Shown here: positions 9,860 through 21,804 of the stretch, one piece after another
Layout of the letters: each line of letters begins with the position of its first letter
Numbering within the stretch: the first letter of the stretch is position 1
DNA from: Prochlorococcus sp. AG-347-K18
GTDB lineage: Bacteria > Cyanobacteriota > Cyanobacteriia > PCC-6307 > Cyanobiaceae
Assembly (NCBI GenBank): GCA_003281365.1
Contig: QCCF01000007.1
Coordinates: 12,598-76,597 of the forward strand
DNA: 64,000 nucleotides
Direction: 5' to 3'
Notes under the pieces: model-generated
Seen by the model: the letters and a program-made list of their open reading frames with translations, nothing else
The model's database searches: none
Told to the model about the DNA's origin: nothing
Translations under genes and position numbers: made by a program

Positions 9860-11385
9860 TTTAAAAATGAAGTGAGGTTTAAATGTTTATCAAATTCATT
9901 CGCAAGATTTTCAATAATGGATTCCCTCTTTTTTTTGTAAGGAATTGATTCTTTATTGGTTTTTTGTAAATTTTTACTTTTTCTTATTAAATTAATATAT
10001 TGATCTCTCCAACTATCATTTTCAAAGATCCCATGAATATATGTTCCTGCAATAGTGCCCCCTCCATTATTTACTTTGTACCAGCCTAGATCTAAGTCTT
10101 TGAAAATAGGGTTAATCTTAAATGAACTCTGCATATTATCTAATTGAGTTTTTCCATTATGAATTTCAAATCCTTTAATTTTTGATTGGCATGGCCATAA
10201 AGATTCAGAGTGTATTTGACGAGTTAATTTGTTTTCAAAGAAAATAGTTTTTAATGGAAGAAGCCCAATGCCTTGAATTTTTTGTTCAGAATGATTTTTG
10301 GAACCCTCTTTAAAATAAGGATCTTCAAGTGTTGTTCCTAACATTTGTAAACCTCCACAAATCCCAATAATATGACCCTCATTATTGGAATATGCCCTAA
10401 TTTCCTTAGATAAACCAGAATTTTCTAGAAATATTTGATCTTTTATAGTTTGTTTGCTTCCAGGGAGAATAATAAAGTCATACCTTTTCAAGTTTTGCGA
10501 TTTATCAATCCATTCAATAAATATTGATTCTTCATTTCTTAATGGATCAAAATCTGAGAAATTGCTTATAGATGGCAATTTTATAATCCCAACTTTGATA
10601 TCAGGGTTTTCGAAATGTGATTTTTTTTCTAATAAATCCAAAGAATCTTCCGGAGGAAATGAATCATTTAACCATGGAATAATTCCAATAACAGGCACTT
10701 GGGTTTTATTCTCTATCCATTCTTTCCCTTCTTTAAATAATGAAAGATCTCCTCGGAATCTATTTATAATGATTCCCTTAATAAGTTTCTTTTCTTCAGG
10801 TTTCATTAATTCAAGGGTTCCTATTATTTGCGCAAATACGCCACCTCTCTCAATATCAGTAACTAAAATGCAATTTGCATTTAAATACTTGGCAATTCTT
10901 AAATTAGTGAGATCTCTATGAATCAAATTCATTTCTACAGGACTCCCAGCACCTTCTATAATTAAACGGCAATTTGGGTTTTTTTTATAAATAGAACTTA
11001 GACTTTTCTTAATTACTTCCCAACCTGAAATAAACCAATCTTGGTAGTAATTTTTAGCAGCTGTTATTCCTATACTTTTGCCGAGGTGAATTACCTCACT
11101 TATAGAATGACCTTGTGGTTTTAATAAAATGGGATTCATCTCTGCAGAGGGATTAATACCACAAGCAATTGCTTGAATTGCTTGTGAATATGCCATCTCT
11201 CCACCTTCCCAGTCTACCCAGGCGTTATTACTCATATTTTGCCCTTTAAAAGGGATTGGTTCTTCTCCTAAATTTTTAAGAATCCTGCAAATAGCAGTAA
11301 CTGTTAACGATTTCCCTGCTCCACTAGAAGTGCCCAAGACCATTATAGGTTTCTTTATTTCATGTAATTTTGCTTCTAACTCCAT
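9856..11385 (-). CDS. cobQ: Cobyric acid synthase
   Basis: GTSSGAGKS, FKGQNMS, EGAGSP, GICGGLQM, GTYIHG. Confidence 0.96.
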   Translation of the reverse strand: MELEAKLHEIKKPIMVLGTSSGAGKSLTVTAICRILKNLGEEPIPFKGQNMSNNAWVDWEGGEMAYSQAIQAIACGINPSAEMNPILLKPQGHSISEVIHLGKSIGITAAKNYYQDWFISGWEVIKKSLSSIYKKNPNCRLIIEGAGSPVEMNLIHRDLTNLRIAKYLNANCILVTDIERGGVFAQIIGTLELMKPEEKKLIKGIIINRFRGDLSLFKEGKEWIENKTQVPVIGIIPWLNDSFPPEDSLDLLEKKSHFENPDIKVGIIKLPSISNFSDFDPLRNEESIFIEWIDKSQNLKRYDFIILPGSKQTIKDQIFLENSGLSKEIRAYSNNEGHIIGICGGLQMLGTTLEDPYFKEGSKNHSEQKIQGIGLLPLKTIFFENKLTRQIHSESLWPCQSKIKGFEIHNGKTQLDNMQSSFKINPIFKDLDLGWYKVNNGGGTIAGTYIHGIFENDSWRDQYINLIRKSKNLQKTNKESIPYKKKRESIIENLANEFDKHLNLTSFLN

Positions 11386-11425
11386 TCGTAATTATTTTAA
11401 TTTTTAAAATTTATTAATTAGTAAA

Positions 11426-12064
11426 TTGAATTATAATTTGATAAAAAAGTTTGTGTTAATTCTAGCCTCTGCCTCACAATCTCGAAAGAAATTACTTGAA
11501 AATTGCCAAATTGAATTCATTCAAATCTCAAGTAACTTTGATGAAAATTTAATAAAAGAAAAAAATATATTTAATTTAACTTTAGAGTTATCTTTTCAAA
11601 AGGCTAAAAGTATATCTGAAAATATTCAAAAAATATCATTACCAGAAAAATTCAATTATGAATATTTAGAAATACTTGGATGTGATTCAGTCTTTGAATT
11701 TAAAGGAGAAGCTTATGGAAAACCATTTGATAAAGAAGAAGCTTATACTAGATGGAAAAAAATGTCGGGAGAGTTTGGATTTTTACATACTGGTCATACT
11801 CTAATAACTGGAAATTTTGATTCAATCGCAAATATTTTTAAAATCACTGAAATAATAAAAAAAACGATAAGTTCAAAAGTTTATTTTTCAAAGTTGGAAG
11901 ATTGGGAGATCAAGAGTTATATAGATACTAATGAACCTCTATATTGCGCAGGAGGATTCGCTTTGGAAGGTATAGGTGGTAAATATATAGAAAAAATAGA
12001 GGGTTGTTTCAGTAATGTAATGGGGTTAAGCTTGCCATGGCTCAGAAAAAATATGCATAAATAA
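11426..12064 (+). CDS. maf: Maf-family nucleoside triphosphate pyrophosphatase
   Basis: [23 protein letters not shown]. Confidence 0.92.
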   Translation: MNYNLIKKFVLILASASQSRKKLLENCQIEFIQISSNFDENLIKEKNIFNLTLELSFQKAKSISENIQKISLPEKFNYEYLEILGCDSVFEFKGEAYGKPFDKEEAYTRWKKMSGEFGFLHTGHTLITGNFDSIANIFKITEIIKKTISSKVYFSKLEDWEIKSYIDTNEPLYCAGGFALEGIGGKYIEKIEGCFSNVMGLSLPWLRKNMHK

Positions 12065-12096
12065 AAAAAAACCCTATCGAAAGATAGGGTTTTTTT
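12063..12096. terminator. Bidirectional terminator between maf and psbC
   Basis: aaaaaaaaccctatc-gaaa-gatagggttttttt. Confidence 0.88.
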
Positions 12097-12108
12097 ATGA
12101 AGTAGAAA

Positions 12109-13491
12109 TTAATCTAAATCAGGCATTTCTAGAGCTGGCTCACTCTTTCTGTCGATTCCTTTTTCGAAACCAGCAGCGGCTGCCCTAGCACGTCCTGCAT
12201 GCCAAAGGTGACCGATGAATGTAAACCATCCTAAGAAGAACTGAGCTGCAGCTAACCATTGTCTTAAATTAACGAAGTTAACGGCATTAGGCTCTGTAAT
12301 TATTCCACCAACCGAGTTGATAGAAGCATTAGGAGCATGAGTCATATATTCAGCAGCTCTTCTTACTTGCCAAGGCTGAATATCATTTTGGATTTTCTCA
12401 AGGCTCAATCCGTTAGGACCTCTTAAAGGCTCTAACCATGGACCTCTGAAGTCCCAAAATCTCATTGTTTCACCACCAAATATAATTTCACCTGTAGGAG
12501 ATCTCATGAGATACTTACCTAAACCAGTTGGACCCATTGTTGAACCTACGTTAGCTCCAATTCTTTGATCTCTCACAAGGAAAGTAAAGCTTTGAGCCTG
12601 TGAAGCTTCAGCATTTGTTGGACCATAAAATTCTGATGGGTAAGCAGTGTTGTTAAACCATATGAAAGTTGAAGCAATAAAACTTGCAACACAAATTCCA
12701 CCAAGTGCATAACTTAAAAGTCCTTCTCCATTCCAGATGAAAGCTCTTCTAGCCCATCCAAATGGTTTGGTGAAAATATGGAATATTCCTCCAATAATTG
12801 CAGTTATACCCACATAGACGTGTCCACCAACTATGTCTTCTATAGAGTTAACACCGATTATTGAACCGGCACCTCCCCAAGGAGATCTAAATAAGTAACC
12901 AAGAATGACTCTTGGATCTAATGTTGGATTAACAAGTCTGACTTCACCTCCACCAGGTGCCCAAGTGTCATATGCACCGCCAATAAAACACCAGTTAACC
13001 GACCATGCTAACGCTCCTACACCTAAAACAATCAAATGATATCCAAGGATATTCGTCATTTGATTCTTATCTCTCCAATCAGTAGAGAAAAATGGGAAGT
13101 CTTCTTCAAGTTTTTCTGGACCTGCTAAAGAATGATAAATACCACCAAAACCAAGAACAGCTGAAGCTATAAGATGAACCACGCCTGCCTGAAAGAAAGG
13201 CATGATATCAGTCACTTCCCCACCAGGGCCTATTCCATATCCAAACATCGCAACGTGTGGCATACAGATTAAACCTTGCTCCCACATAGGCTTATCAAAA
13301 GTAAAATGATTAACCTCAAAGAGCATCATTGCTCCAGCCCAAAAGACAATTAGTCCAGAGTGAGCAATGTGAGCACCTAATAAACGTCCAGATAGATTGA
13401 TTAGTCTAGCGTTACCTACGTACCAGGCATAGCCAGTTTCTTCAATACTTTGGTTTGGTGCTCTTAATAAATTATTAAAGGGCGTTTCCAC
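12109..13491 (-). CDS. psbC: Photosystem II CP43
   Basis: Canonical sequence. GTG start at 13491 (ETPFN...) overlaps the psbD 3' end, rather than the upstream ATG in the ORF track. Confidence 0.98.
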   Translation of the reverse strand: METPFNNLLRAPNQSIEETGYAWYVGNARLINLSGRLLGAHIAHSGLIVFWAGAMMLFEVNHFTFDKPMWEQGLICMPHVAMFGYGIGPGGEVTDIMPFFQAGVVHLIASAVLGFGGIYHSLAGPEKLEEDFPFFSTDWRDKNQMTNILGYHLIVLGVGALAWSVNWCFIGGAYDTWAPGGGEVRLVNPTLDPRVILGYLFRSPWGGAGSIIGVNSIEDIVGGHVYVGITAIIGGIFHIFTKPFGWARRAFIWNGEGLLSYALGGICVASFIASTFIWFNNTAYPSEFYGPTNAEASQAQSFTFLVRDQRIGANVGSTMGPTGLGKYLMRSPTGEIIFGGETMRFWDFRGPWLEPLRGPNGLSLEKIQNDIQPWQVRRAAEYMTHAPNASINSVGGIITEPNAVNFVNLRQWLAAAQFFLGWFTFIGHLWHAGRARAAAAGFEKGIDRKSEPALEMPDLD

Positions 13492-14551
13492 GTGGAAGAA
13501 CCTCCTCAGGGAATACAAAGTTTTCGTGTGGTTGATCCACAGAAGACATCCATGCTCTCATACCTTCATTCAAAAGTATATTTTTTGTATAGAAAGTTTC
13601 AAATTCAGGGTCTTCTGCTGCACGGATTTCTTGGCTTACAAAGTCATAAGCTCTTAGATTTAGTGCCAAGCCAACAATACCAATTGAAGATGTCCACATA
13701 CCCATAACAGGGACAAAAAGCATCAAGAAGTGCAAGAAACGCTTGTTTGAGAAAGCAATACCAAAGATTTGACTCCAGAATCTATTCGCTGTGATCATTG
13801 AATAAGTTTCTTCTTCTTGTGTTGGATCGAAAGCTCTAAATGTTGAACTTTGAACCTTACCATCTGTATAAATACTTGTATCTTCATACAAGGTATTTTG
13901 AACTGTAGCTCCATGAATAGCGCAAAGTAGAGCACCACCAAGAATTCCAGCTACACCCATCATGTGAAATGGATTTAAAGTTATATTGTGGAAACCTTGA
14001 ATGAACAGGATATAACGGAAGATTGCTGCAACACCAAATGAAGGTGCGAAGAACCAACTATGCTGTCCTAAAGGATAGATAAGGAAAATACTTGTGAAAA
14101 CTGCAATTACTGCCGAGAAAGCTAGTGCGTTGTATGGTCTAATTCCAACAAGGCCAGCAATTTCAAACTGACGAAGCATAAAACCAATAAGGCCAAATAC
14201 TCCATGTAATGCAACGAAGTTCCAAAGTCCACCAAGTTGTAGCCATCTAACGAAACTACCTTGGGCTTCAGGACCCCATAAAAATAGAAGACTGTGACCC
14301 ATAGCATCACCAGGGGTACTTACAGCTGCTGTTAAGAAGTTACAACCTTCAAGATAAGAACTTGCAACTCCGTGTGTGTACCAAGAGGTAACAAAAGTTG
14401 TTCCGACAAACCAACCACCAATAGCAAGATATGCACAAGGAAGTAAAAGTAGTCCGGACCAACCAATAAATACAAAGCGGTCGCGCTTCAACCAATCATC
14501 AAGGACATCAAACCATCCTCTTTGTGGGGCGCTACCAACTGCGATCGTCAT
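13475..14551 (-). CDS. psbD: Photosystem II D2
   Basis: MTIAVG...[12 protein letters not shown]...LPRGNAL. Confidence 0.99.
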   Translation of the reverse strand: MTIAVGSAPQRGWFDVLDDWLKRDRFVFIGWSGLLLLPCAYLAIGGWFVGTTFVTSWYTHGVASSYLEGCNFLTAAVSTPGDAMGHSLLFLWGPEAQGSFVRWLQLGGLWNFVALHGVFGLIGFMLRQFEIAGLVGIRPYNALAFSAVIAVFTSIFLIYPLGQHSWFFAPSFGVAAIFRYILFIQGFHNITLNPFHMMGVAGILGGALLCAIHGATVQNTLYEDTSIYTDGKVQSSTFRAFDPTQEEETYSMITANRFWSQIFGIAFSNKRFLHFLMLFVPVMGMWTSSIGIVGLALNLRAYDFVSQEIRAAEDPEFETFYTKNILLNEGMRAWMSSVDQPHENFVFPEEVLPRGNAL

Positions 14552-14733
14552 GAGAAATCGTTTTTTAGCTTCGGGATACGCAGTGACTGTAACAAAGATT
14601 GAGAGTAATGTGGGGAAATATTCGTATATCTGAAATGCCTTGTAAAGCTTTCCTGACTTTTTTATTAAAAATTAGGTAAGAATACTCCCTTAATTTGTTA
14701 AATTATTTGGATTAAGCTTTAAAAAAGATAAAA

Positions 14734-15291
14734 ATGGATTCAGATCTTAAGTCTTTCGATAAAATTGAACAAAAAATTGAAGGATCAAGAAAAATTTCAA
14801 ATTACATTATTGGTGGAATGCTAACTATTGGCGGTATAGGTTTTCTTTTAGCTTCTATATCCAGCTATACAGGGAGGGACTTATTACCTCTGGGGAGTCC
14901 ATCAAGTTTATTGTTCATACCTCAAGGAATAATAATGGGAGCATACGGAGTAATAGCCAATTTATTAAATTTTTATCTATGGTATTTAGTTTTTATTAAC
15001 TTTGGCTCAGGGAGTAATTATTTCGACAAATCATCAAAATCTGTTGAAATAAAAAGAAAAGGTTTGTTTAAAGATATTGAAGTTAAATTGAATTTCGATG
15101 AAATTAAATCGGTTAAGTTGGATATTAGTGAAGGATTTAACCCTAGAAGAAGAATTGCATTAGTACTTAAAGGCAGAAAAAAACCTCTACCTTTAAGCGG
15201 AGCAGGTCAACTTAAACCACTTCTTCAAGTAGAAGAAGAGGGAGCTCGTTTGGCTAAATTTTTAAATGTTAATTTGGAGGGTTTAAAATAA
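14734..15291 (+). CDS. ycf4: Photosystem I assembly protein Ycf4
   Basis: GSRKISNY, FIPQG, A..LAKFLNVNLEG. Confidence 0.95.
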   Translation: MDSDLKSFDKIEQKIEGSRKISNYIIGGMLTIGGIGFLLASISSYTGRDLLPLGSPSSLLFIPQGIIMGAYGVIANLLNFYLWYLVFINFGSGSNYFDKSSKSVEIKRKGLFKDIEVKLNFDEIKSVKLDISEGFNPRRRIALVLKGRKKPLPLSGAGQLKPLLQVEEEGARLAKFLNVNLEGLK

Positions 15292-15944
15292 AAGAGAAAT
15301 TCTTATTTAAAACATTATCAATTATTCAATTTTTGTTTTTACTAACAGCTTGTAGTTTTAAAAATGAGGCTGATTCAAACTATTACTGCCAAAAACTTAA
15401 ACTTAGTTGTGTCCAAGGAGATAAAATAGCGCTTTTTAAAACTTCAAAAGGTAATTTCGAAGTAAAACTATATGGTAAAGATAACCCAGTTACTGTAACC
15501 AATTTTCTAGAAAATATAGATAATAATTTTTACAAAAATAAAAAATTTTATAAAATAATAAATTATCCACAATTAAAATTTATACATGGAGGTGTTAATC
15601 CAGAAAATAAATTTTATGTTGATAGAAATCAAACTCTAAACAAGACAATTCATTCAATACCTTTAGAAATAAAATTCAAAGAAGAAATTAAACCAAGATA
15701 CAACTATCAAATAAAAAATCCATATGAAACTAAAAATTTAGTTAATACTTTTGAGAGCGGTTCAATCGCTATGGTTAAAAGCGGAAAAAATAACTCTTCC
15801 TCTACAGAATTTTTTTTTGTAACCAATAATATTCCAGAACTAGACGGAAGATATTCAATTTTTGGAAAAATTATTAAAGGATTAGATGTACTTGATAAAA
15901 TTAATATAGAAGACTATATAGAGGAAGTCAGGCTATCTTATTAA
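15288..15944 (+). CDS. Cyclophilin-type peptidyl-prolyl isomerase, probable lipoprotein
   Basis: GSIAM...[15 protein letters not shown]. Lipobox LTAC. Start uncertain: ATA at 15288 versus TTG at 15333. Confidence 0.8.
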   Translation: MKEKFLFKTLSIIQFLFLLTACSFKNEADSNYYCQKLKLSCVQGDKIALFKTSKGNFEVKLYGKDNPVTVTNFLENIDNNFYKNKKFYKIINYPQLKFIHGGVNPENKFYVDRNQTLNKTIHSIPLEIKFKEEIKPRYNYQIKNPYETKNLVNTFESGSIAMVKSGKNNSSSTEFFFVTNNIPELDGRYSIFGKIIKGLDVLDKINIEDYIEEVRLSY

Positions 15945-16465
15945 ATTTCTAGAGAATATTTATTGATTTTCAACATCTCTGTGTTAACTCCTGAGGATCG
16001 TTTGAGAGCTACTTTGCCAGTTCTTGCTATTTCAAGAATGCCATAGGGTTCTAGCAATTTCTCTAAAGCAACTAATTTCCCAGGATCTCCAACTACTTCC
16101 AATGTTAAGGCTATATCTGAAACGTCAACAACTTTTGCACGGAATATTTGTACTATATCAAGAATGTTGCTTCTATTATCTTCCTTTGATGAAACTTTTA
16201 GTAACATTAATTCTCTCTCGACAGCCGCAAGATTAGTAAAATCAACTACTCCCAGAACATTAAATAACTTATTAAGTTGCTTAGTCATTTGTTGAAGAGT
16301 TTCATCGTCACCCTCTACAACCATTGTTAATCTTGAAATGCCTTTGGATTCTGCAGGACCTACTGCGAGGCTATCTATGTTGAATCCCCTTCTAGCAAAG
16401 AGACCTGAGATTCTACTTAAAGCTCCAGATTCGTCTTCTACAAGAACTGATAATGTATGTTTCAT
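15941..16465 (-). CDS. ilvH: Acetolactate synthase small subunit
   Basis: [33 protein letters not shown]. Confidence 0.96.
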   Translation of the reverse strand: MKHTLSVLVEDESGALSRISGLFARRGFNIDSLAVGPAESKGISRLTMVVEGDDETLQQMTKQLNKLFNVLGVVDFTNLAAVERELMLLKVSSKEDNRSNILDIVQIFRAKVVDVSDIALTLEVVGDPGKLVALEKLLEPYGILEIARTGKVALKRSSGVNTEMLKINKYSLEI

Positions 16466-16468
16466 ATT

Positions 16469-17413
16469 TTAAAAGGTTTTTAAATCATTAATCCACTCAT
16501 AAGAGATTTTATTGAATATTGAAGGATCTTCATCATGGATACAATGCCCTGAGTTAGGTACTATTTTTAATTTTACCCATCTATGCAAATTTGCAATCTT
16601 TTTACCAAGAAACAAAGGTATGAAATTATCTTTATCTCCCCAAATTAATAAAAAAGGTACTTTTTTTGAGGCGCAAAGTTTACTTAAAAGGTAAGAGGCT
16701 TCAAGTTTTTTGTCTCTTGATGACATTCCAAAACACATTGCCCTTAATGATCTAGCTGAAGTTTTCCTTAAAACTGGTTTTGTAATTAAATCTATTAATT
16801 CGCGATCGATATTATCTTTTTTGAAATAGGCAGAATTTAGACCCAGTCTTATAACCCCAAATTTGGTTATTAAAAATAAAAAAATTTCTAAAGGGAAAAA
16901 TATAAAAAATATTTTTATGAATCTGTCTTTAAATTTTTTTAGTAATGGTTTATTTGTTGATACCTTTTTGTTTTCTTGAATTTTATCTGGTAGAGGTGAT
17001 GCAATAACTGTTGCAATTTGATCCTCTATTGAAACAGCACATGTTAAAGCCACTAAAGATCCAAGGGAATTTCCAATAAGAATAACTTTCCTAGAATTCT
17101 TTGGTTTTATGACCTGTTCAATAAAATCTTTCACTTGATTACACCAAATCTCATTATTTAGTTTCCCAATCTGTCTAATTCCAGGTTGATCTGAATCACC
17201 AAATCCTATTAAATCTAAAGAATAAGAGGCAAAATTTCTTTTTGCAAAATATCCTAAATTGCTTCTCCAATGTTTTCTACTAGCGCCAAATCCATGGAGA
17301 AAAATAATTGGAATTTCATTGTCTTCGCCTGAAACACTCCAACAAATTTTAAAACCATGCCAATTCCAGTAGTTAGGAAAGTTAATATTTTCTTCTTTAA
17401 AATTATTATTCAT
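16469..17413 (-). CDS. Alpha/beta hydrolase
   Basis: HGFG, GNSLG, SGHCIHDE. Confidence 0.9.
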   Translation of the reverse strand: MNNNFKEENINFPNYWNWHGFKICWSVSGEDNEIPIIFLHGFGASRKHWRSNLGYFAKRNFASYSLDLIGFGDSDQPGIRQIGKLNNEIWCNQVKDFIEQVIKPKNSRKVILIGNSLGSLVALTCAVSIEDQIATVIASPLPDKIQENKKVSTNKPLLKKFKDRFIKIFFIFFPLEIFLFLITKFGVIRLGLNSAYFKKDNIDRELIDLITKPVLRKTSARSLRAMCFGMSSRDKKLEASYLLSKLCASKKVPFLLIWGDKDNFIPLFLGKKIANLHRWVKLKIVPNSGHCIHDEDPSIFNKISYEWINDLKTF

Positions 17414-17507
17414 ATAACCAAAAAATTTTCAAGTTATTTGCATTATCTACTTTTTTAACAAATAAATGTATATTGAATGTAAATTATAGTAATTATTAAG
17501 TTTTACT

Positions 17508-17606
17508 ATGGCTAAGGAAATTTTTAGTATTGCAGCTGTTTTTTGGATACTGATCCCAGTAGGATTGGTAGGCGGTGCATTATTATTAAAGTCTCAAGGA
17601 GATTGA
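17508..17606 (+). CDS. petM: Cytochrome b6f subunit PetM
   Basis: Translated by hand: [32 protein letters not shown] (not in the ORF track). Confidence 0.88.
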   Translation: MAKEIFSIAAVFWILIPVGLVGGALLLKSQGD

Positions 17607-17657
17607 TTCCCACGAATACATAACAAATTGAGTTATTGTCTACAGGTTAAGTAAATC

Positions 17658-18626
17658 TTGAATATGAAGATTCTTTTAGTAGGAGCAACTGGGACACTAG
17701 GTAGGCAAATAGCAAAGCAGGCTATAGAAGAAGGACATGAAGTTAGATGCTTTGTAAGAAACCCAAGAAAAGCTTCCTTTCTTCAAGAGTGGGGTTGTGA
17801 ACTAACAAAAGGGAATTTATTAAATTCTTCTGATATTGAATATGCACTGCAAGATATTGAAGTAGTTGTTGATGCTGCAACTAGCCGACCAGATGATCCA
17901 AAAAGTATTTATGAAATAGATTGGGATGGAAAACTTAACCTATTTAATGCTTGTGAATCTTTAAATGTTAAAAGAGTCGTTTTCCTTTCAATCCTCCATA
18001 CAGAAAAATTTAGAAATGTTCCTTTGATGGATATTAAATATTGCACTGAAAAACTTCTTGAGAAATCCGATTTAGATTATACAATCTTCAAATGTGCAGC
18101 TTTTATGCAAGGAGTTATTGGTCAATTCGCTATCCCAATCTTAGATAGTCAAGCAGTATGGATGAGTGGTAATCCAACAAAAATTGCTTATATGAATACT
18201 CAAGATATGGCGAAAGTTGTTGTAGCAGCAGTAAATAATCCAAAAACTTACAGAACATCATTGCCATTAGTAGGTCCCAAAGCATGGGATTCAAACGAAG
18301 TTATATCTTTATGTGAAAGATTTAGTGAAAAAAAGGCGAAAATTTTTAGAGTTTCACCCTTTCTTATTAGTGTCACACAAAAAGTAGTTTCCTTTTTTCA
18401 AGATTCTTTAAATGTTGCTGAAAGATTGGCTTTTGCTGAAGTAACTAGTAGTGGTGAATCATTAGATGCTGACATGAGCAAAACTTACGAAATATTGGAA
18501 CTTAAAAAAGAAGATATGACATCACTTGAGGGTTACATAAAGGAGTACTATCAACAAATACTTAAAAGATTAAGAGAAATGGAAGCAGATCTAAATATTG
18601 AAGAAAAAAAGAGATTACCTTTTTAA
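17658..18626 (+). CDS. Ycf39-like NAD(P)-binding atypical SDR
   Basis: GATGTLG Rossmann motif. Confidence 0.85.
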   Translation: MNMKILLVGATGTLGRQIAKQAIEEGHEVRCFVRNPRKASFLQEWGCELTKGNLLNSSDIEYALQDIEVVVDAATSRPDDPKSIYEIDWDGKLNLFNACESLNVKRVVFLSILHTEKFRNVPLMDIKYCTEKLLEKSDLDYTIFKCAAFMQGVIGQFAIPILDSQAVWMSGNPTKIAYMNTQDMAKVVVAAVNNPKTYRTSLPLVGPKAWDSNEVISLCERFSEKKAKIFRVSPFLISVTQKVVSFFQDSLNVAERLAFAEVTSSGESLDADMSKTYEILELKKEDMTSLEGYIKEYYQQILKRLREMEADLNIEEKKRLPF

Positions 18627-18681
18627 TATTGCAATTCTAAACATATATAGTATATTTGTACTATATAATTATTATTGACCT

Positions 18682-18894
18682 ATGTCCGTTTCTAAGTCTA
18701 AAAATCTTGAACGAAAACTAGATAATTTTGCAAAAGAAGCAAAAAATGAATTGAATAATGTTTGCGGATCTTCATTATGGGAAAGCCTTGGCTTTGTTTT
18801 TTTTGATCAATTAGAAGATTCTGAAAAAATTGCGAAAGCAAATTTTTACTACGGTCAACTTCAAATAATTAATGAAATTAAATTTTCAATTTGA
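18682..18894 (+). CDS. Hypothetical protein
   Basis: 70-aa ORF between conserved genes. Confidence 0.6.
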   Translation: MSVSKSKNLERKLDNFAKEAKNELNNVCGSSLWESLGFVFFDQLEDSEKIAKANFYYGQLQIINEIKFSI

Positions 18895-18987
18895 ATTGAA
18901 TTTCATATTTTTTAATAATCTAATTTTTCTAAAATATTTTTTGGCCAATCTTTTTCTGATAATATAAATCTAGTAAAAGATTAATTA

Positions 18988-19254
18988 ATGATTGAAACTT
19001 CAGGCGTAATTGAAAAAGAGCAGGGAAATGGTTTTTATTTGGTTACTTTAGAACAACCTGAAGGACATCAATGTTTATGTAGAGCTGCAGGTAAATTGAC
19101 TAAATTTAGAATTAAATTATTAGCTGGAGACAAAGTTTTAGTTGAAATAAGTCCTTATGATCTTTCTAGAGGAAGGATAACTTATAGAGAAAGAAATGCA
19201 GGGGGTGCTAAACCTACAACTAATAAAAATAACCCTAAGAGGAATAATAAGTAA
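18988..19254 (+). CDS. infA: Translation initiation factor IF-1
   Basis: S1 fold; GDKVLVEISPYDLSRGRITYR. Confidence 0.95.
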   Translation: MIETSGVIEKEQGNGFYLVTLEQPEGHQCLCRAAGKLTKFRIKLLAGDKVLVEISPYDLSRGRITYRERNAGGAKPTTNKNNPKRNNK

Positions 19255-19263
19255 AGAGTTATT

Positions 19264-20640
19264 TTAAATAATATTTATTATCGCTTTTTTAAACTCACTT
19301 CTTTGTTTGACACCTTGCCATTGTTTTTTTAATAGTTTTTCTTTAAAAAGTTGAACTGTTGGTGTTCCGTTGATACCAGCTTGTTTTGCAATATCTTGAT
19401 CTTTATCAATATCTATTTCAACGCCAAGGACAGCACCATCAAGCTCTTTGATTACTCTTTTTAATTGAGGTTTCAATACATGACATGGGCCGCAGCTTGG
19501 GGAACTAAAAATAACTAAGATAGGTTTTTTGCTCTCGTGATAAAGTTTCCTTAATGCATAACTGCCTTTTTGCCATTCAGAATTTGAATCGAAAGTATCT
19601 TCATTAACTTCTTCTTCATTAAAATCTGATGAATTAAGTTTTTTTTCTGGTTCGGGTGTTTCTCGAACTATAGTTTTTGCCAAGCTTTTCTCGGCTAGCC
19701 ATCTTTCGGTAGCCAATGCAGCCATACACCCAGTTCCCGCAGCGGTAACTCCCTGTCTCCACTCAGAATCAACGACATCACCAGCTGCAAAAATGCCGTC
19801 AATAGATGTTTCTGGTCTTCCTGATTTGCAAGCAATATATCCCTTATTATCTAAATCAATTTTGTTGTCTAAAAACTTGGTATTTGGTGTGTGCCCTATG
19901 GCGTAAAAAAGACCTTTTATGTTGATTTCCCCTTTACCTTCTTGAGAGTGAATAGTTTCTATTCTCTCAAGCCATTCAGAACCATCCGCCTTATCAACTT
20001 TTGTGTTCCAATGAATTTCTATCTTTGGATTAGCTCTTACTCTATCTACCATTGCTGCGCTAGCTCTTAATTTTTCTGATCTAACAATCAAATGCACTTT
20101 GCTTCCATACTTTGTGAGATATGCTGCTTCTTCACATGCAGAGTCGCCCCCTCCAATAACAGCTAATTCTTCACCTCTAAATTGTGGGGTTGCTCCATCA
20201 CATATTGCACAAGCACTTATTCCTTTACTCCAGAATTTATCTTCATTTATCACGCCTAACCTATTTGCACTTGCTCCAGTTGCAATAATAATTGAATTAG
20301 ATTTAATAGTGCCTTCTAAAGTTTTTAATTCAAATGGATGAGAATCAGTATTTATTGAGACAACATCACTTTCGTATAAATTAGTGCCCCATCTTTCAGC
20401 TTGTGCCTTCATTAGATCCATTAATTCAGGACCTAGTACTCCATCGGGGAAACCTGGATAATTTTCTACAAATGTTGTCGTCATTAGTTGCCCACCAGGA
20501 ATTCCACCAGAATTAAAACCTGTTATGAGCAGTGGTTGAAGATTCGCTCTTGCTGCATAAATTGCAGCAGTATAACCTGCAGGACCTGAACCAATAATTA
20601 CAACATTTTCTACGTTAGAAATTTTTTCTTTATTTTCCAT
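19264..20640 (-). CDS. trxB: Thioredoxin reductase fused to a thioredoxin domain (NTRC type)
   Basis: GSGPAG, CAICD, GGGDSA; C-terminal CGPC. Confidence 0.93.
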   Translation of the reverse strand: MENKEKISNVENVVIIGSGPAGYTAAIYAARANLQPLLITGFNSGGIPGGQLMTTTFVENYPGFPDGVLGPELMDLMKAQAERWGTNLYESDVVSINTDSHPFELKTLEGTIKSNSIIIATGASANRLGVINEDKFWSKGISACAICDGATPQFRGEELAVIGGGDSACEEAAYLTKYGSKVHLIVRSEKLRASAAMVDRVRANPKIEIHWNTKVDKADGSEWLERIETIHSQEGKGEINIKGLFYAIGHTPNTKFLDNKIDLDNKGYIACKSGRPETSIDGIFAAGDVVDSEWRQGVTAAGTGCMAALATERWLAEKSLAKTIVRETPEPEKKLNSSDFNEEEVNEDTFDSNSEWQKGSYALRKLYHESKKPILVIFSSPSCGPCHVLKPQLKRVIKELDGAVLGVEIDIDKDQDIAKQAGINGTPTVQLFKEKLLKKQWQGVKQRSEFKKAIINII

Positions 20641-20719
20641 TTATTTGCAAACTTTACTAATAATAATAGTAAACATACCCAAACAATGTAGGGCGGATTT
20701 CACTCGATAGATTTATTGC

Positions 20720-20944
20720 TCAATCGTTTACTTTTTGGTCTAATAACTTTTTTAATTCCTTTGGGAAATTTAAAACAGAATTTTTTAAATTTTCGTTCTT
20801 TTCTCCAATATGTAATATCCACTCTCTAAATTCCTCTGCGATTGCATAACTGTCTTCATACCTTTCTAAGGTGTCCATTACAGAAATTCTGTTGGTAGCC
20901 CAACAGGTAGCTATGTCGATCCTTTTTCTAATGAAATTTTCCAT
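20720..20944 (-). CDS. Conserved hypothetical protein
   Basis: Likely start MENFIRKR at 20944. Confidence 0.6.
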   Translation of the reverse strand: MENFIRKRIDIATCWATNRISVMDTLERYEDSYAIAEEFREWILHIGEKNENLKNSVLNFPKELKKLLDQKVND

Positions 20945-21098
20945 TGAAACATAAAAGTTGTTTATAGATAAACACATCAGACAACGAATGTATTGTCTAA
21001 TAAGTTACAACTTTGTACTTTCAAACAATAATTTAATCTTTAATTTAGATTTGGGCGGATTTTTAGGCAAATCATGAAGAAAATATAAAGAAATGGAG

Positions 21099-21677
21099 TT
21101 AAACTGCCTCGCTATGATTTGCAAGTAGCCTTTCAACTTCCTCAAAACCCTCTTTAGCTGAATTAATTGCCAGTTCCTTGCTAACTTTTTCTTCTGATAT
21201 TAATTTTGCGGATATTTTCTTTAAAAGAGTTTCTTTATTTTCTCTGAGTGAATAAACAATTTCTTCTTCAATGATAGATTTTATTGCTTTAGAGATTATT
21301 TTTTTGTCATTTGCTTCCTCAAATGTGCCCTGAACTAATTCTTGAATAAATAATCGATGCACCTCACTACTCCTTAGAAAGCTTTCTGTAGCGTTAATAA
21401 TTCCTTCAACAAGAGCTTCATCAGGTTCAGAATCATTTTCGGCCAGCTTAAATTCCCAATCTAAATGTCTTCTTTGCCAACCTGCCGAGTGGAGACTGGG
21501 CATGACTGTTTGTGAATAAGTATCAACTGACATTTCATAAATTCTCTCTGCTAATTTCTCGCACCAGTCTTTACCATGCTTTTCTAGATTTTTCTGCATA
21601 GCTTGCCTTGGAACAGCATGACCACCATGATGACTGTGGCATACTCCATCAGGACATTCGATTGCTTTTATACTCAT
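21099..21677 (-). CDS. Conserved hypothetical protein with N-terminal Cys/His motif
   Basis: ECPDGVCHSHHGGH. Confidence 0.7.
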   Translation of the reverse strand: MSIKAIECPDGVCHSHHGGHAVPRQAMQKNLEKHGKDWCEKLAERIYEMSVDTYSQTVMPSLHSAGWQRRHLDWEFKLAENDSEPDEALVEGIINATESFLRSSEVHRLFIQELVQGTFEEANDKKIISKAIKSIIEEEIVYSLRENKETLLKKISAKLISEEKVSKELAINSAKEGFEEVERLLANHSEAV

Positions 21678-21804
21678 TTGCTTGTTAAGTGCACTTATAT
21701 TCTAGATAGCTATTTTTTATAGAAATGAAAATATATTTTTAACAAAAATCCAAGACTTTTGACTTTCTTCAATTTATATTTAGTATGTTAAAAAAATAAA
21801 TAAA

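Noticed and set aside
19264-20640. TrxB-thioredoxin fusion as a novelty
   Set aside because: This is the known NTRC architecture
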